From the NCBI RefSeq assembly GCF_004765795.1, contig NZ_SBIV01000002.1, forward strand, positions 62,001 to 126,000: a DNA stretch of 64,000 nucleotides. The letters are read 5' to 3'. The notes under the pieces were generated by a model. The model made no database searches, was not told where the DNA came from, and was given only the letters and a program-made list of their open reading frames with translations. The stretch is from Halorussus marinus. Lineage in GTDB: Archaea > Halobacteriota > Halobacteria > Halobacteriales > Haladaptataceae. Shown one piece after another: positions 49,778 through 59,989 of this stretch (position 1 is its first letter; the number at the start of each line of letters is the position of its first letter). The position numbers were made by a program, and so were the translations under genes.

Positions 49778-51643
49778 ATGTCTCTGCCCGACTGGACGGG
49801 CGCGGTCGTCGAACCGTCCGCTGGGGACGACCCTCCATCCCCCGACGAGTGGCGCGCCGTCGAGGTCCCCGGCCGCCCCGCCGAGTTCGCCGGCGCCGAC
49901 GCAGTCGCCTACCGCACCCGGTTTCCCGACCCCCGGGACGGCGACGAGCGCGCGACCCTCGAACTCCGCGGACTGTTCGCCCGCGCCCGGATCTGGCTCA
50001 ACGGCGACCTCCTCGGCGAGCACGGCGCCTACTTCCGGCCCGCCCGGTACGAACCCGATCTCGACGCCGAGAACGAACTCGTCGTGGAGTGTCGCGCGCC
50101 CGACCGGTTCGGCGGCGTCTACGCGACCGATCGGGTCCCCGACGAGCGGGCGGTCCCCGGCATCTGGTGGGGCGCCACGCTCGAAACGCACCCGGAGACG
50201 TACCTCGACTCGGTGTCGCTCGCGCCCCGAACGACCGACGACGGGGCGGCCATCGACGCCGAGATCGCGGTCGAGGCGGGCGAGGACCTCGACGACCGGA
50301 TCTCGCTGTCGGTCCGTCCGCAGGGGTTTCGCGGGGGCGGCGTGATGGAGCGGGCCCGCGTCGAGGCCGACGCCGGCGAGCGGGCCCTCGTGGAGAAGAC
50401 CCTCGAACTCAGAGACCCCGCGTACTGGTGGCCCGCGGGCCACGGCCCCCAGCACAAGTACGCGGTCAGGGCGAAGCTCGGCGGCTCCGAGCGGGTGGTC
50501 GAGACCGGGCTCTCGACGGTCCGGGCGACCGACGGCGGACTGGTCGTAAACGGCCAGCGCGTCCCCGCCCGGGGGTTCTCGTTGCTCCCGACCGGCGACC
50601 CGACGTGGGACGTCGAGCGGGCGGCCAACGCCAACGCCAACCTCGTGCGGGCGTACGGTCACGTCCCGCCGCCGGCCTTCTACGAGGCCGCCGCCGACGC
50701 CGGAGTGCTGGTGTGGCAGGACCTCCCGCTGGCGGGGCCGGGCGAGTACGACGCCGACCGCGCGACCGACCTCGCCGGCCGGCTCGCGGACGCGGTCGAG
50801 CGCCACCCCGGCGTCGCCGCGTTCGGGGTCCACGCCGACCCGACCGACCACCTCTCGGGGGTCGGCCCCGGCCGGCTCGCACGCTACAAGGTGCGGTGGC
50901 GGGCCTGGCGGGCGTCCTACGACCCGACCGTCGACCGCGAGGTCGCCGAGGCGCTTCCCGACGACGCCGCGGTCTACCCCGTCTCGGGCGCGCCCGGAAT
51001 CGACCCCGACGCCGCCCACCTCTATCCGGGGTGGGAGTACGGCGACGCCGCCGACGCGGCGTGGCTCGCCGAGAAGTACGACTGCGACGGCGCGGTCGGG
51101 GGCTTCGGTGCGGGCGCGCTCGCGACTCCGGACGGCGCCGACGACCCCGACGGCGTGGCGGACTTCGACGCCGCGGCCCACGACGCCCACGTCTCGGGCG
51201 GCGTCGACGAGTCCCAGGCCTATCAGGCCCGCCTGCTCAAGACGGTGACCGAGACGCTCCGGAGGCGGGGGATCGACCTGCTCGCGGCCGACGCGCTCCG
51301 GGACGCCGACGCGGGCGCCGGGATGGGCGTCTTGGCGGCCGACGGGACCGAAAAATCGGGGTACGCCGCCGTCGCGGCGTCGCTCGAACCCGTCCAGGTC
51401 GTCCTCGACGCCTACCCGCGGGCGGGCCAGAGCCGGGAGCTGACGGTGCTCAACGACACCCCCGAGGCGGTCTCGGGGAGCGTCTCGTGGACCGCCGGCG
51501 ACCGGAGCGGCGGCGCGGACGTGAGCGTCGAGGCGTACGGCCGGGAGACCGCCGGGCGCCTCCGGGTGCCCGACGGCGCCGAGGCGGTCGAACTCGCGCT
51601 CGACCGCGGCGAGGCCGCGGTGACCAACGAGTATCGTTTATAA
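49778..51643 (+). CDS. Glycoside hydrolase family 2-like protein (beta-mannosidase-like architecture, degenerate active site)
   Basis: IWLNG, GIWW, YWWPAGHGPQ, VNG, NLVRAYGH and GVLVWQDLP motifs. Confidence 0.8.
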   Translation: MSLPDWTGAVVEPSAGDDPPSPDEWRAVEVPGRPAEFAGADAVAYRTRFPDPRDGDERATLELRGLFARARIWLNGDLLGEHGAYFRPARYEPDLDAENELVVECRAPDRFGGVYATDRVPDERAVPGIWWGATLETHPETYLDSVSLAPRTTDDGAAIDAEIAVEAGEDLDDRISLSVRPQGFRGGGVMERARVEADAGERALVEKTLELRDPAYWWPAGHGPQHKYAVRAKLGGSERVVETGLSTVRATDGGLVVNGQRVPARGFSLLPTGDPTWDVERAANANANLVRAYGHVPPPAFYEAAADAGVLVWQDLPLAGPGEYDADRATDLAGRLADAVERHPGVAAFGVHADPTDHLSGVGPGRLARYKVRWRAWRASYDPTVDREVAEALPDDAAVYPVSGAPGIDPDAAHLYPGWEYGDAADAAWLAEKYDCDGAVGGFGAGALATPDGADDPDGVADFDAAAHDAHVSGGVDESQAYQARLLKTVTETLRRRGIDLLAADALRDADAGAGMGVLAADGTEKSGYAAVAASLEPVQVVLDAYPRAGQSRELTVLNDTPEAVSGSVSWTAGDRSGGADVSVEAYGRETAGRLRVPDGAEAVELALDRGEAAVTNEYRL

Positions 51644-51895
51644 CCCTGCCGGAAGTGTGGGAACGGCTTACACGGCGGGTAGCGGCCGTGTGAACCGGTT
51701 CCACCGTTCTAAACAGCACAACATTTAAATATCCATGGCGAATACGTAAGGATACCAGAACGCCACCGGCGTTCGGCGGGCATCGTGCGACAAATGACAA
51801 GGGACTATTGTCACCGAACGGTTGCTACCGGTCGCCAGCGCTCGCTGTCGATCGCCGAACCCCGGGGCGGGCATGGAATCGAGGTTTAACTAAGC

Positions 51896-52759
51896 ATGGT
51901 AAGTGTAACGGAAGAAGAACTTCAGAACAAGTCGAAGGGCGAACTAATCAAACTCGCGGGTCAGCTTCGAGACCGACGAAACGAGCTGAACCAGAAGGCC
52001 AGCAAGCGCGCGTCGAAGCGCGACGACCTGAACGCCAAGACGCGCGAGAAGGTCGACGAGGCCCAGGAGCACCGCGAGAAGCGCGACGAGCTCAACGAGA
52101 AGGTCCAAGAGCACAAAGAAAAGCGCAACGAGCTCAACGCGGAGGCCAACGAGCTGTTCGACGAGGTCGAGCAAAAGAAGTCCGACCTCGAACTTGACGA
52201 GGGAAAGGACCTCGAAGAGCTCGAGAGTGAGATCGAAGACCTCGAGTTCAAACAGCAGACAGAGGTCCTCTCGACCGACGAAGAGCGCGAACTCATCGAG
52301 AAGATCGAGGCCAAGCGCGAGGAGTACCAGCAGCGCAAGGAGAAGCTCGACGGCACCGAGGACCTCGACGAACTCGTCGAGGAAGCCGAGGAGGTCCGCG
52401 CCGAGGCGTCGCGTCACCACGAGAAGGTGACGGAGCTCGCGGACAAGGCCCAAGAGCACCACAACCAGATGATCGAGGCCTATCGGGAGGCCGACGACAT
52501 CCGCGACGAGGCCGACGAGATGCACGAGAGCTTCGTCGAAGCTCAGGAGTCGGCCGACCAGCACCACGAGGACTTCGTGCGCGTCCAAAAGCGCCTGCGC
52601 GAACTCGACAAGCAGGAAGAAGAAGAGCGCAAGTCCGAGAAAGAAAAGGAGCGCGAGGAGGCCAAAGAGGAGGCCGAGGAGATCTACCAGCAGTTCAAGG
52701 AAGGCGAGACCCTCGACACCGAGGACCTCATGAAGCTCCAGAAGACGGGCCTGCTGTAA
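51896..52759 (+). CDS. Archaeal coiled-coil protein (COG1340-like)
   Basis: Repeated KRDELN heptads, LEFKQQT, EERELIEKI and FKEGETLDTEDL. Confidence 0.88.
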   Translation: MVSVTEEELQNKSKGELIKLAGQLRDRRNELNQKASKRASKRDDLNAKTREKVDEAQEHREKRDELNEKVQEHKEKRNELNAEANELFDEVEQKKSDLELDEGKDLEELESEIEDLEFKQQTEVLSTDEERELIEKIEAKREEYQQRKEKLDGTEDLDELVEEAEEVRAEASRHHEKVTELADKAQEHHNQMIEAYREADDIRDEADEMHESFVEAQESADQHHEDFVRVQKRLRELDKQEEEERKSEKEKEREEAKEEAEEIYQQFKEGETLDTEDLMKLQKTGLL

Positions 52760-53085
52760 TCTACGTTCGTCGCTAACTGCGATCTGCTGTTTCTCGACCC
52801 GAACCGGCTCGAACAGCGACGTCTCTCGTCGAACGCGTCGGACCGGGCTGTGTCTGGGCGCCGAGAGGTGTGGCGGACGACCTGACCTTTTGCCCGAGTC
52901 GAATCAACAGATTACAGCGTTGAGCGCGTTTGCGTCCGTTTTTTAAGGGAGTGGTCTCTACCCTCGGTAGAGATGACTGCGGACGAATATACCGTTCTCA
53001 CCGGGGGCGACGCGATGAGCCGCGGGCGTCCCCGCGCGGCTTCTGGCGCGGTTGTCGGCGTCTCCACACACGGAGGCGACCGTCC

Positions 53086-54318
53086 ATGACCGACCGCTTC
53101 GACGTGATCGTCGCCGGCGCCGGCCCCGCCGGCGGGCAGTGCGCCCGCGATCTGGCGCGGCGCGGCTACGACGTGGTCGTCCTCGAAGCCGAACCCGAGG
53201 ACGGGTTCCCGCGCCAGAGCAACAAGTCGACCGCGGGAACGTTCCCGTCGATGATGTCGGCGTTCGGGATCCCCGACGACGTGGTGATGCAGTACACCGA
53301 CGACGTGGTGCTCGAATCGCCGAACGACCACTACGTCCGCCACCAGCCGGGCGCGGTCCTCGAGTTCGCCGACTTCAAGCGCTACCTCGTCCGGGACGGC
53401 CGCGAGAAGGGCGCCGAGTACCGCTTCGACGCCCGGGTCTCGAAGCCGGTGATGGAGGGCGGCGACATCGTCGGGGTACGGTACGACGGCGACCGGGAGG
53501 TGTACGCCGACGTCGTGATCGACGCGACCGGTCCGGCCGCGCCGCTCGCGAAGGCGCTCGGCGTCAGCGATCTCAAGCGCAAGAATCAGGCGATCGGGAT
53601 CGAGTACGAGATGGAAGGCGTCGAGATGGACGCCGAGGGGTACGCCGACCTCAGCGACACGATGATGCTCCGGCTCGACCACGACCTCGCGCCGGGCGGT
53701 TACTCGTGGATCTTCCACACCGGCGGGGACACCGCGAAGGTCGGGCTCTGTTACATCCAGAATCAGGCCCACCGCGAGAACGCCCGCGAGGGGATGGGGA
53801 TCGACGACTACCTCCAGTACTGGCTCGACGAGGACCCCCGGTTCGCGGACGCCGAGCGGATCGAGGGCAAACAACACCGCGGCTCGGCCCACATCCAGAT
53901 GCCGACCGGGCTGAGCACGGACAACTTCATGGCCATCGGCGACACGGTGCCGACGATCGACCCCCTCTGGGGCGAGGGAATCCACACCTGCATGAAGTCC
54001 GGGCGGGCCGCCGCGATGACGGCCGACCGGTGTTTCATGACCAACGACCGCGACACGTCGGCCGAACGGCTCTCGATCTACGACGAGCTGTGGCACAACG
54101 ACGTCGCCCCCCACATGCGACAGCGACTCCTGATGACCCAACTGCTGTACCTCGCGTCGAACGAACGGTACGACACCCTGATGGCCGATCTGCGCCGCGC
54201 CGACGAGGAGGTCCTGAGCGCGGCGAACGGCGGCAACTGGCGGAGCCTCGCGAAGCTGTTCCACCTCGACGACCTGCCGCTTTTGACCCGGTTCGCCCGC
54301 GAACGGCTGACCGAGTGA
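53086..54318 (+). CDS. Geranylgeranyl reductase family flavoprotein (digeranylgeranylglycerophospholipid reductase-like)
   Basis: VAGAGPAG, IDATG, APGGYSWIF and GD...PLWGEGI. Confidence 0.9.
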   Translation: MTDRFDVIVAGAGPAGGQCARDLARRGYDVVVLEAEPEDGFPRQSNKSTAGTFPSMMSAFGIPDDVVMQYTDDVVLESPNDHYVRHQPGAVLEFADFKRYLVRDGREKGAEYRFDARVSKPVMEGGDIVGVRYDGDREVYADVVIDATGPAAPLAKALGVSDLKRKNQAIGIEYEMEGVEMDAEGYADLSDTMMLRLDHDLAPGGYSWIFHTGGDTAKVGLCYIQNQAHRENAREGMGIDDYLQYWLDEDPRFADAERIEGKQHRGSAHIQMPTGLSTDNFMAIGDTVPTIDPLWGEGIHTCMKSGRAAAMTADRCFMTNDRDTSAERLSIYDELWHNDVAPHMRQRLLMTQLLYLASNERYDTLMADLRRADEEVLSAANGGNWRSLAKLFHLDDLPLLTRFARERLTE

Positions 54319-54371
54319 CTCGGCGCGAAGCGAGAGACTTATGACTCCGGGGTCGCTTCGAATCGAGGGGT

Positions 54372-55454
54372 ATGAACGACATCCGAACCGGACTGAGCTA
54401 CGGCGACGTGCTGTTGGTTCCCCAGCGCTCGCCGGTGGATAGCCGCGCCGACGTCGACCTCTCGACGTCGCTCACGCCGAATCTCGAACTCGACGCACCG
54501 CTGGTGTCGGCCGCGATGGACACCGTGACCGAGGCCGACCTCGCCGTCGCGCTCGACGAGAGCGGCGGGCTCGGCGTCGTCCACCGCTTTTACACGGTCG
54601 ACGAGCAGGCCGCGGAGGTCGCGGCCGCGAGCGACGCCGGCGCGCGCGTAGCCGCGGCGGTCGGGATCGACGAGGACTACGCCGCCCGGACCGAGGCGGT
54701 GCTGGAGGCGGGCGCGGACGCCGTGGTCGTCGACGTGGCCCACGGCCACCTCGAGCGCACGCTGACCGCGGTCGAACGCCTCCGCGAGCAGTTCCCGGAC
54801 GCCGACCTGATCGCGGGCAACGTCGCGACCGCGGCGGGCGTCGCGGACCTCGCGGCCGCCGGCGCCGACTGCGTGAAGGTCGGCATCGGCCCCGGCTCTC
54901 ACTGCACCACCCGGAAGGTCGCGGGCGCGGGCGTCCCCCAACTCACCGCGGTCGACGACTGCGCCGAGCGTGCACGCGAACTCGGGGTCACCGTGATCGC
55001 GGACGGCGGCATCCGCACCTCCGGCGACGCGGTGAAGGCGCTGATGGCGGGCGCGGACGCCGTGATGATGGGGAGCCTGTTCGCCGGGACCGAGGAGGCG
55101 CCCGGCGAGGTGATCGAGCGCGACGGCGTCCGGTACAAGCGCTCGCGCGGGATGGCGACGACCGCGGCCGCCGAGGAGCGCTCGGACAAGGCCGAGAACG
55201 TCAGCGCCGACGAGGGCGTCGAGGGGCTGACTCCCTACAAGGGCCCGGTCGGCGACGTCTGCGAGGAGTTCTGCGCGGGGCTCCGATCCGGGCTGTCGTA
55301 CTCCGGCGGCCACACGATCCCGGCGGCCCGCGAGAACGCGGAGTTCGTCCGGGTCGCGGCCAGCGCGAAGGAGCGAGAGGGCGCCCACGGCGACCGCGAG
55401 TGGGAGACGATCGGGGTCGACAGCACCGAGAAGGCCCACGCCGACGACGACTGA
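54372..55454 (+). CDS. IMPDH/GMP reductase family enzyme without CBS domains (probably GMP reductase)
   Basis: [35 protein letters not shown] and EGVEG. Confidence 0.85.
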   Translation: MNDIRTGLSYGDVLLVPQRSPVDSRADVDLSTSLTPNLELDAPLVSAAMDTVTEADLAVALDESGGLGVVHRFYTVDEQAAEVAAASDAGARVAAAVGIDEDYAARTEAVLEAGADAVVVDVAHGHLERTLTAVERLREQFPDADLIAGNVATAAGVADLAAAGADCVKVGIGPGSHCTTRKVAGAGVPQLTAVDDCAERARELGVTVIADGGIRTSGDAVKALMAGADAVMMGSLFAGTEEAPGEVIERDGVRYKRSRGMATTAAAEERSDKAENVSADEGVEGLTPYKGPVGDVCEEFCAGLRSGLSYSGGHTIPAARENAEFVRVAASAKEREGAHGDREWETIGVDSTEKAHADDD

Positions 55455-55469
55455 GCCCCCGAGGAGGGC

Positions 55470-57044
55470 TCACCGCTCGCCGAACGCCCGCTCGACGGCT
55501 TCGCGGTCGATCTTCGAGGGCCCCGAGGTGGGCATCTCGTCGACGAACGCGAGGTGGCGCGGGCGCTTGAACCGCGCGAGCCGCCCGTCCAGAAACGCGG
55601 TGAGTTCGTCGAGGGTCAGCGACTCCTCGCCCTGCACGACCGCCTTCCCGACCTGCCCCCACCGGTCGTCGGGGACGGGGACCACGACGACCTCCTCGAC
55701 TTTGGGGTGGTCGGCGATGCGGTCTTCGACCGCCGGCGGGTAGACGTTCTCGCCGCCCGAGACGTACATGTTCTTCTTGCGCCCCTCGACGTAGTAGTAG
55801 CCCGCCTCGTCCCTGCGGGCGAGGTCGCCGGTCGAGACCCACCGGCCGAACGTCTCGGCGGTCTCGGCCTCGTCGCGCCAGTACCGGTCGGCGGCGTGGG
55901 GGCTTGCCAGTTCCAGTTCGCCGATCTCGCCCGGCCCGAGCGGGTCGCCGTCCTCGGAGACGATCCGGGCGTCGACGTGCATCGCGGGCACGCCCACGCT
56001 GTCGGCCGCCTCCTTGGGCCACCCCTCGGGCATCGTGAAGTTGTTCGGGCCACACTCGGTCAGGCCGTACCCCTGCGAGAGGTCGACGCCCCGGGACCAC
56101 CACGCCTCCATCACCGACTCCCGGCACGGCCCGCCGCCCGACTTGGCGAACCGGAGCGTCGAGAGGTCGGTGTCGGCCCACCGGTCGTGGCCGGCCATCG
56201 TCCGGAGCACCGCCGGCACCGCGACCAGCACGGTCGCGCGCTCGGACTCGATGCGGTCTAGCACCGTCGCGGGCTCGAACTCCCGGGCGATCACCACCGT
56301 CCCGCCGAGGTGAAACAGGGGGACCGTGATGACGTTCCACCCGCCGGTGTGGAACATCGGGAACACCATCGGGGTCGCGTCGTCGGGCCGGAGCCCCCAC
56401 GAGGTGATGGTGTTGAACGAGTTCCACAGGATCGACTCGTGGGTCAGGACGGTCTCTTTTGGCACCCCGGTCGACCCGCCGGTGTGGAGAAAGAGGTGCG
56501 GGTCGTCCATCGACGCGGCGCCGGCCTCGACGGGCGAGTCGTCGGCCGGGAGGCGTTGGGGCCACGACTCCCAGCGCGGATCGCCGGTCCCGTTCGCGCG
56601 CGCGTCGTCGCCGTCGGCCGAAAGCGTCAGGACCCGAGGGTCGAAGTCGGCGTCCTCGTGGTCGAGGACGTCGGCGGCGAGGTCGGCGAACGGCGCCTCG
56701 ACCACGAGCAACGCGGGGTCGACGTCGCCGAGCATTTCGACCAGTTCGGCGGCCGCGAGCCGGTGAGACAGCGGCGCGAGCACCCCGCCGGTCTTGGCGG
56801 TCGCGAAGAACAGATCGACCAGCTCCGGGCGGTTTCGCGAGATGACCGCGATCCGCTCGCCGTCCGCGACCCCCTGCTCGTCCAGCAGGCGGGCGGTCCG
56901 GTTCGCCCGCCGGTCGAGCGCCGCGTAGGTGTAGCGCTCGTCGGTCGTCGCGTCGACCAGCCCCACCGCGTCGGGCGAGAGCTCGGCGCGCTTGCGGCTC
57001 CACGCGCCCACCCAGTCGTACGGGCGCTCGCCGCCGCTAAACAT
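55470..57044 (-). CDS. AMP-binding acyl-CoA synthetase
   Basis: HTGGSTGVPK, GYGLTE, TGDLA, GRKK..YVSGGENVYP. Confidence 0.93.
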   Translation of the reverse strand: MFSGGERPYDWVGAWSRKRAELSPDAVGLVDATTDERYTYAALDRRANRTARLLDEQGVADGERIAVISRNRPELVDLFFATAKTGGVLAPLSHRLAAAELVEMLGDVDPALLVVEAPFADLAADVLDHEDADFDPRVLTLSADGDDARANGTGDPRWESWPQRLPADDSPVEAGAASMDDPHLFLHTGGSTGVPKETVLTHESILWNSFNTITSWGLRPDDATPMVFPMFHTGGWNVITVPLFHLGGTVVIAREFEPATVLDRIESERATVLVAVPAVLRTMAGHDRWADTDLSTLRFAKSGGGPCRESVMEAWWSRGVDLSQGYGLTECGPNNFTMPEGWPKEAADSVGVPAMHVDARIVSEDGDPLGPGEIGELELASPHAADRYWRDEAETAETFGRWVSTGDLARRDEAGYYYVEGRKKNMYVSGGENVYPPAVEDRIADHPKVEEVVVVPVPDDRWGQVGKAVVQGEESLTLDELTAFLDGRLARFKRPRHLAFVDEMPTSGPSKIDREAVERAFGER

Positions 57045-57855
57045 CGGCGAGAAACGCCGCCAGCCGGTCGTTCACCTCGTCGGCGCGCTCGATGAAGAAG
57101 AGGTGCGAGCCGTCCTCGAACAGCGCGAGCCGACTGTCGGGGAGGTCCCGATGGAGCAGGTCGGCGTTCTCGATCGGGATGACGCGGTCGGCGGTGCCGT
57201 GGGCGACGAGCGCGGGGAGTTCGACCTCGCCGAGGCGGTCGCTCGCGTCGAACGCGGCGACCGCGGCGCCCTGCGCCTCGCGGGCGTGGTCGGGCGCGTC
57301 GCTCTCGAGTCGCCAGTCGACGATGTCCGAGATCAGGTCGTCGTTGTCGGCCCGGAACTCGTCGGTCATCGCGGGCGCCATCTTGTACCGGATCGCCTCG
57401 CGCTCGTCGGCGTCGTCGGGGACCTCGAACATCCGGCGCTGGGTTTCGGGCGGCGTCGAGACCGCCTCGTCGCCGCCGGGCGAGGTGCAAAACAGCGCGA
57501 GGCTCTCGGCGCGGTCGTAGTCGAGGGCGTATCGCTGAGCGATCATCCCGCCCATGCTCGCGCCGACGACGTGGGCGCGCTCGACGCCGGCGTCCGCGAG
57601 GACGGCGTCGAGGTCGCCGGCCATCTGTTCGATCGTGTAGGGGCCCGACGGCGCGTCCGAGTCGCCGCTCCCGCGGTTGTCGGGCAGGACGACCCGGTAC
57701 CCCTCCGCGAGGAGTCGCTCGCGCTGCCAGCGCCACATCCACCGGCCGTAGCCAAGCCCCTCCACGAGGACGACCGTCTCTCGGTCGGCGCGTCCGTCCT
57801 CGGGCGCGTCGAGTTCATAGTGGAGCGAGACGCCGGCGTTGTCCGCGTAAGGCAT
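57037..57855 (-). CDS. Alpha/beta-fold hydrolase
   Basis: DNRGSG, GASMGG nucleophile elbow, HGTAD and GSH. Confidence 0.93.
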   Translation of the reverse strand: MPYADNAGVSLHYELDAPEDGRADRETVVLVEGLGYGRWMWRWQRERLLAEGYRVVLPDNRGSGDSDAPSGPYTIEQMAGDLDAVLADAGVERAHVVGASMGGMIAQRYALDYDRAESLALFCTSPGGDEAVSTPPETQRRMFEVPDDADEREAIRYKMAPAMTDEFRADNDDLISDIVDWRLESDAPDHAREAQGAAVAAFDASDRLGEVELPALVAHGTADRVIPIENADLLHRDLPDSRLALFEDGSHLFFIERADEVNDRLAAFLADV

Positions 57856-57943
57856 GGAGGTATCCACGCACGACCGCGCCTTCAAAACCCTGTTTCACAT
57901 GTTAACCCGCGGATTGATTCGACGCCCGGGGCCACGTACGGGC

Positions 57944-58360
57944 ATGCCAGTCGCATCCGTCGGCGACGCCGCCGAGGCGAGCCTCGCGGTCGGCGAACAG
58001 ACCATCGACGACTACGCCGTGCTCGTCGGCGACGACAATCCGATCCACCTCGACGGCGACTACGCCGCCGACACCATGTTCGGCGGCCGGGTCGCCCACG
58101 GGATGCTGTCGGCCGGCGTCGTCAGCGCCGCCCTCGCGGATCTGCCGGGCGACATCGTCTACGTAGAACAGGAACTCGACTTCGAGCGCCCGGTCCGGCC
58201 GGGGCAGACCGTCACCGCGACCGCGACCGTCGTCGAGGCGATGGGCGGGGACCGCGTTCGGGTCGAGACCGCCGCCGACGTGGGCGCCGACGGGGACGAA
58301 GACCGCCAACGGGTGCTGTCGGGCGAGGCGGTGGTGCTGTCTGTCCCCCACGCTGAATAA
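57944..58360 (+). CDS. MaoC-family dehydratase
   Basis: GDDNPIHLD...FGGRVAHGML and FERPVRPG. Confidence 0.93.
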   Translation: MPVASVGDAAEASLAVGEQTIDDYAVLVGDDNPIHLDGDYAADTMFGGRVAHGMLSAGVVSAALADLPGDIVYVEQELDFERPVRPGQTVTATATVVEAMGGDRVRVETAADVGADGDEDRQRVLSGEAVVLSVPHAE

Positions 58361-58378
58361 AAAGCCGAAAACGGACGC

Positions 58379-59836
58379 TCAGTAGGACTTCGCGAAGTAG
58401 GCGGTCTCGTCGGCGTCGTCGCCACAGACGCCACATTCCTCGCCGATCGGCTCCTCGTCGCGGTCCATCGGGACCATCACGATCTCGGCGGCGATCTCCT
58501 CTTTGATGACCTGCTCGCAGGCCTCGTCGCCACACCACGGCGTCTTGACGTAGCCGCCGTACCGGCCGATGGTGCCGAGGATCTCGCTGGTCTCGTAAGC
58601 CTCCCGGACGTTCGCTTCGAGGTTCTGCTCGGCGGCGTCGTAGAGTTTGTCGTAGACCGCATCGAAGTGGTCCTCGACCGCGTCGGCGATGTCCTCGCGG
58701 TCCTCGACCGCGTCCTCGCCGTCGGGGCGGTGGACGACGGTGATCTCGTCGTCCTCGACCTCGTTGGGGCCGATCTCGAACCGGACGGGGACGCCTTTCA
58801 GCTCCCACTCGTTGAACTTGAACCCGGGGTTGCGCTCGTCGCGGTCGTCGAGTTCGACCCGGACGTCCGCGGCGTCGAGGTCGTCGGCCACCGCCTCGGC
58901 GTAGTCGAGGACCTCCTCGCGGTTGTCCTCGTTCCAGATCGGGACGATCACGACCTGCTCGGGCGCGATCGTCGGCGGCAGGACCAGCCCCTGATCGTCG
59001 GAGTGGGTCATGATGAGCGCGCCCAAGGCCCGCCACGACAGCCCCCACGAGGTGGTGTGGGCGACCTTCTCTTCCTCGTCGGCGTCGGTGAAGGTGAGGT
59101 CGTAGGCCTCGGCGAACCCCTGACCGAGGTAGTGGGAGGTGCCCCCCTGGACGGACTTGCCGTCGGGCATCAGCGCCTCGACCGTGGTCGTGGTGTGGGC
59201 GCCCGGGAACTTGTCGTGGGGCGGCTTGCGCCCGCGCAACACCGGGATCGCGAGCACGTCCTCGTAGAGGCGCTCGTACTGATCGAGTCGGAGCATCGTC
59301 TCGTCCCACGCCTCGTCTTCGGTCTCGTGGGCGGTGTGGCCCTCCTGCCAGAGGAACTCCTTGGTCCGGAAGAACGGCTTGGTCTCGGTCGCCTCCCACC
59401 GGATGACGCTACACCACTGGTTCAGTCGGAGCGGGAGATCGCGATGGCTCCGGACCCACTGGCTCATGAACGGCGTGATGATCGACTCGCTTGTGGGCCG
59501 GAACGCGAGCCGTTCTTCGAGTTCGTCGTGGCCGCCGTGGGTCACCCACGCGACCTCGGGGTCGAACCCCTCGACGATGTCGCTCTCGCGTTCGAGGTAG
59601 CTCTCGGGGATGAGCGCCGGGAAGTAGGCGTTCTGCGAGCCGGTCTGTTTGAACCACGAGTCGAGGTGGTCCTGCAGGCCCTCCCAGAGGGCGTACCCGC
59701 GGGGTCGGGTGACGATGAACCCGCCCATCGGGGCGTAGTCGGCGAGCTTGGCCTTGGTGACGACCTCGGCGTACCAGTCGCCGGGGCTGTGTTCTTTGGA
59801 CTCGGTGATGCCGAGTTCCTGTTCGTCGTCGCTCAT
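58379..59836 (-). CDS. proS: Proline--tRNA ligase (archaeal/eukaryal type)
   Basis: RPTSE, RWEATETKPFFRTKEFLWQEGHT, SWGLS and terminal FAKSY. Confidence 0.97.
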   Translation of the reverse strand: MSDDEQELGITESKEHSPGDWYAEVVTKAKLADYAPMGGFIVTRPRGYALWEGLQDHLDSWFKQTGSQNAYFPALIPESYLERESDIVEGFDPEVAWVTHGGHDELEERLAFRPTSESIITPFMSQWVRSHRDLPLRLNQWCSVIRWEATETKPFFRTKEFLWQEGHTAHETEDEAWDETMLRLDQYERLYEDVLAIPVLRGRKPPHDKFPGAHTTTTVEALMPDGKSVQGGTSHYLGQGFAEAYDLTFTDADEEEKVAHTTSWGLSWRALGALIMTHSDDQGLVLPPTIAPEQVVIVPIWNEDNREEVLDYAEAVADDLDAADVRVELDDRDERNPGFKFNEWELKGVPVRFEIGPNEVEDDEITVVHRPDGEDAVEDREDIADAVEDHFDAVYDKLYDAAEQNLEANVREAYETSEILGTIGRYGGYVKTPWCGDEACEQVIKEEIAAEIVMVPMDRDEEPIGEECGVCGDDADETAYFAKSY

Positions 59837-59989
59837 AGGTGTAGACCACCAGTGTAGTGGTCTTAAATCCGGTGAAGCGACCGCGTCGGGGGCGGTCTCG
59901 CCGCCCGACGGCTCCCCGGGTCGCCCGATCCCGAGTGAACCCAATCGCTTTTCCGTCCCGCGATCGATTCGGAACGAACAGACACCACC

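Noticed and set aside
51896..52759. Repeated KRDELN-coding DNA as a possible repeat array or CRISPR
   Set aside because: These are degenerate coiled-coil repeats within one ORF, with no identical repeats separated by unique spacers.
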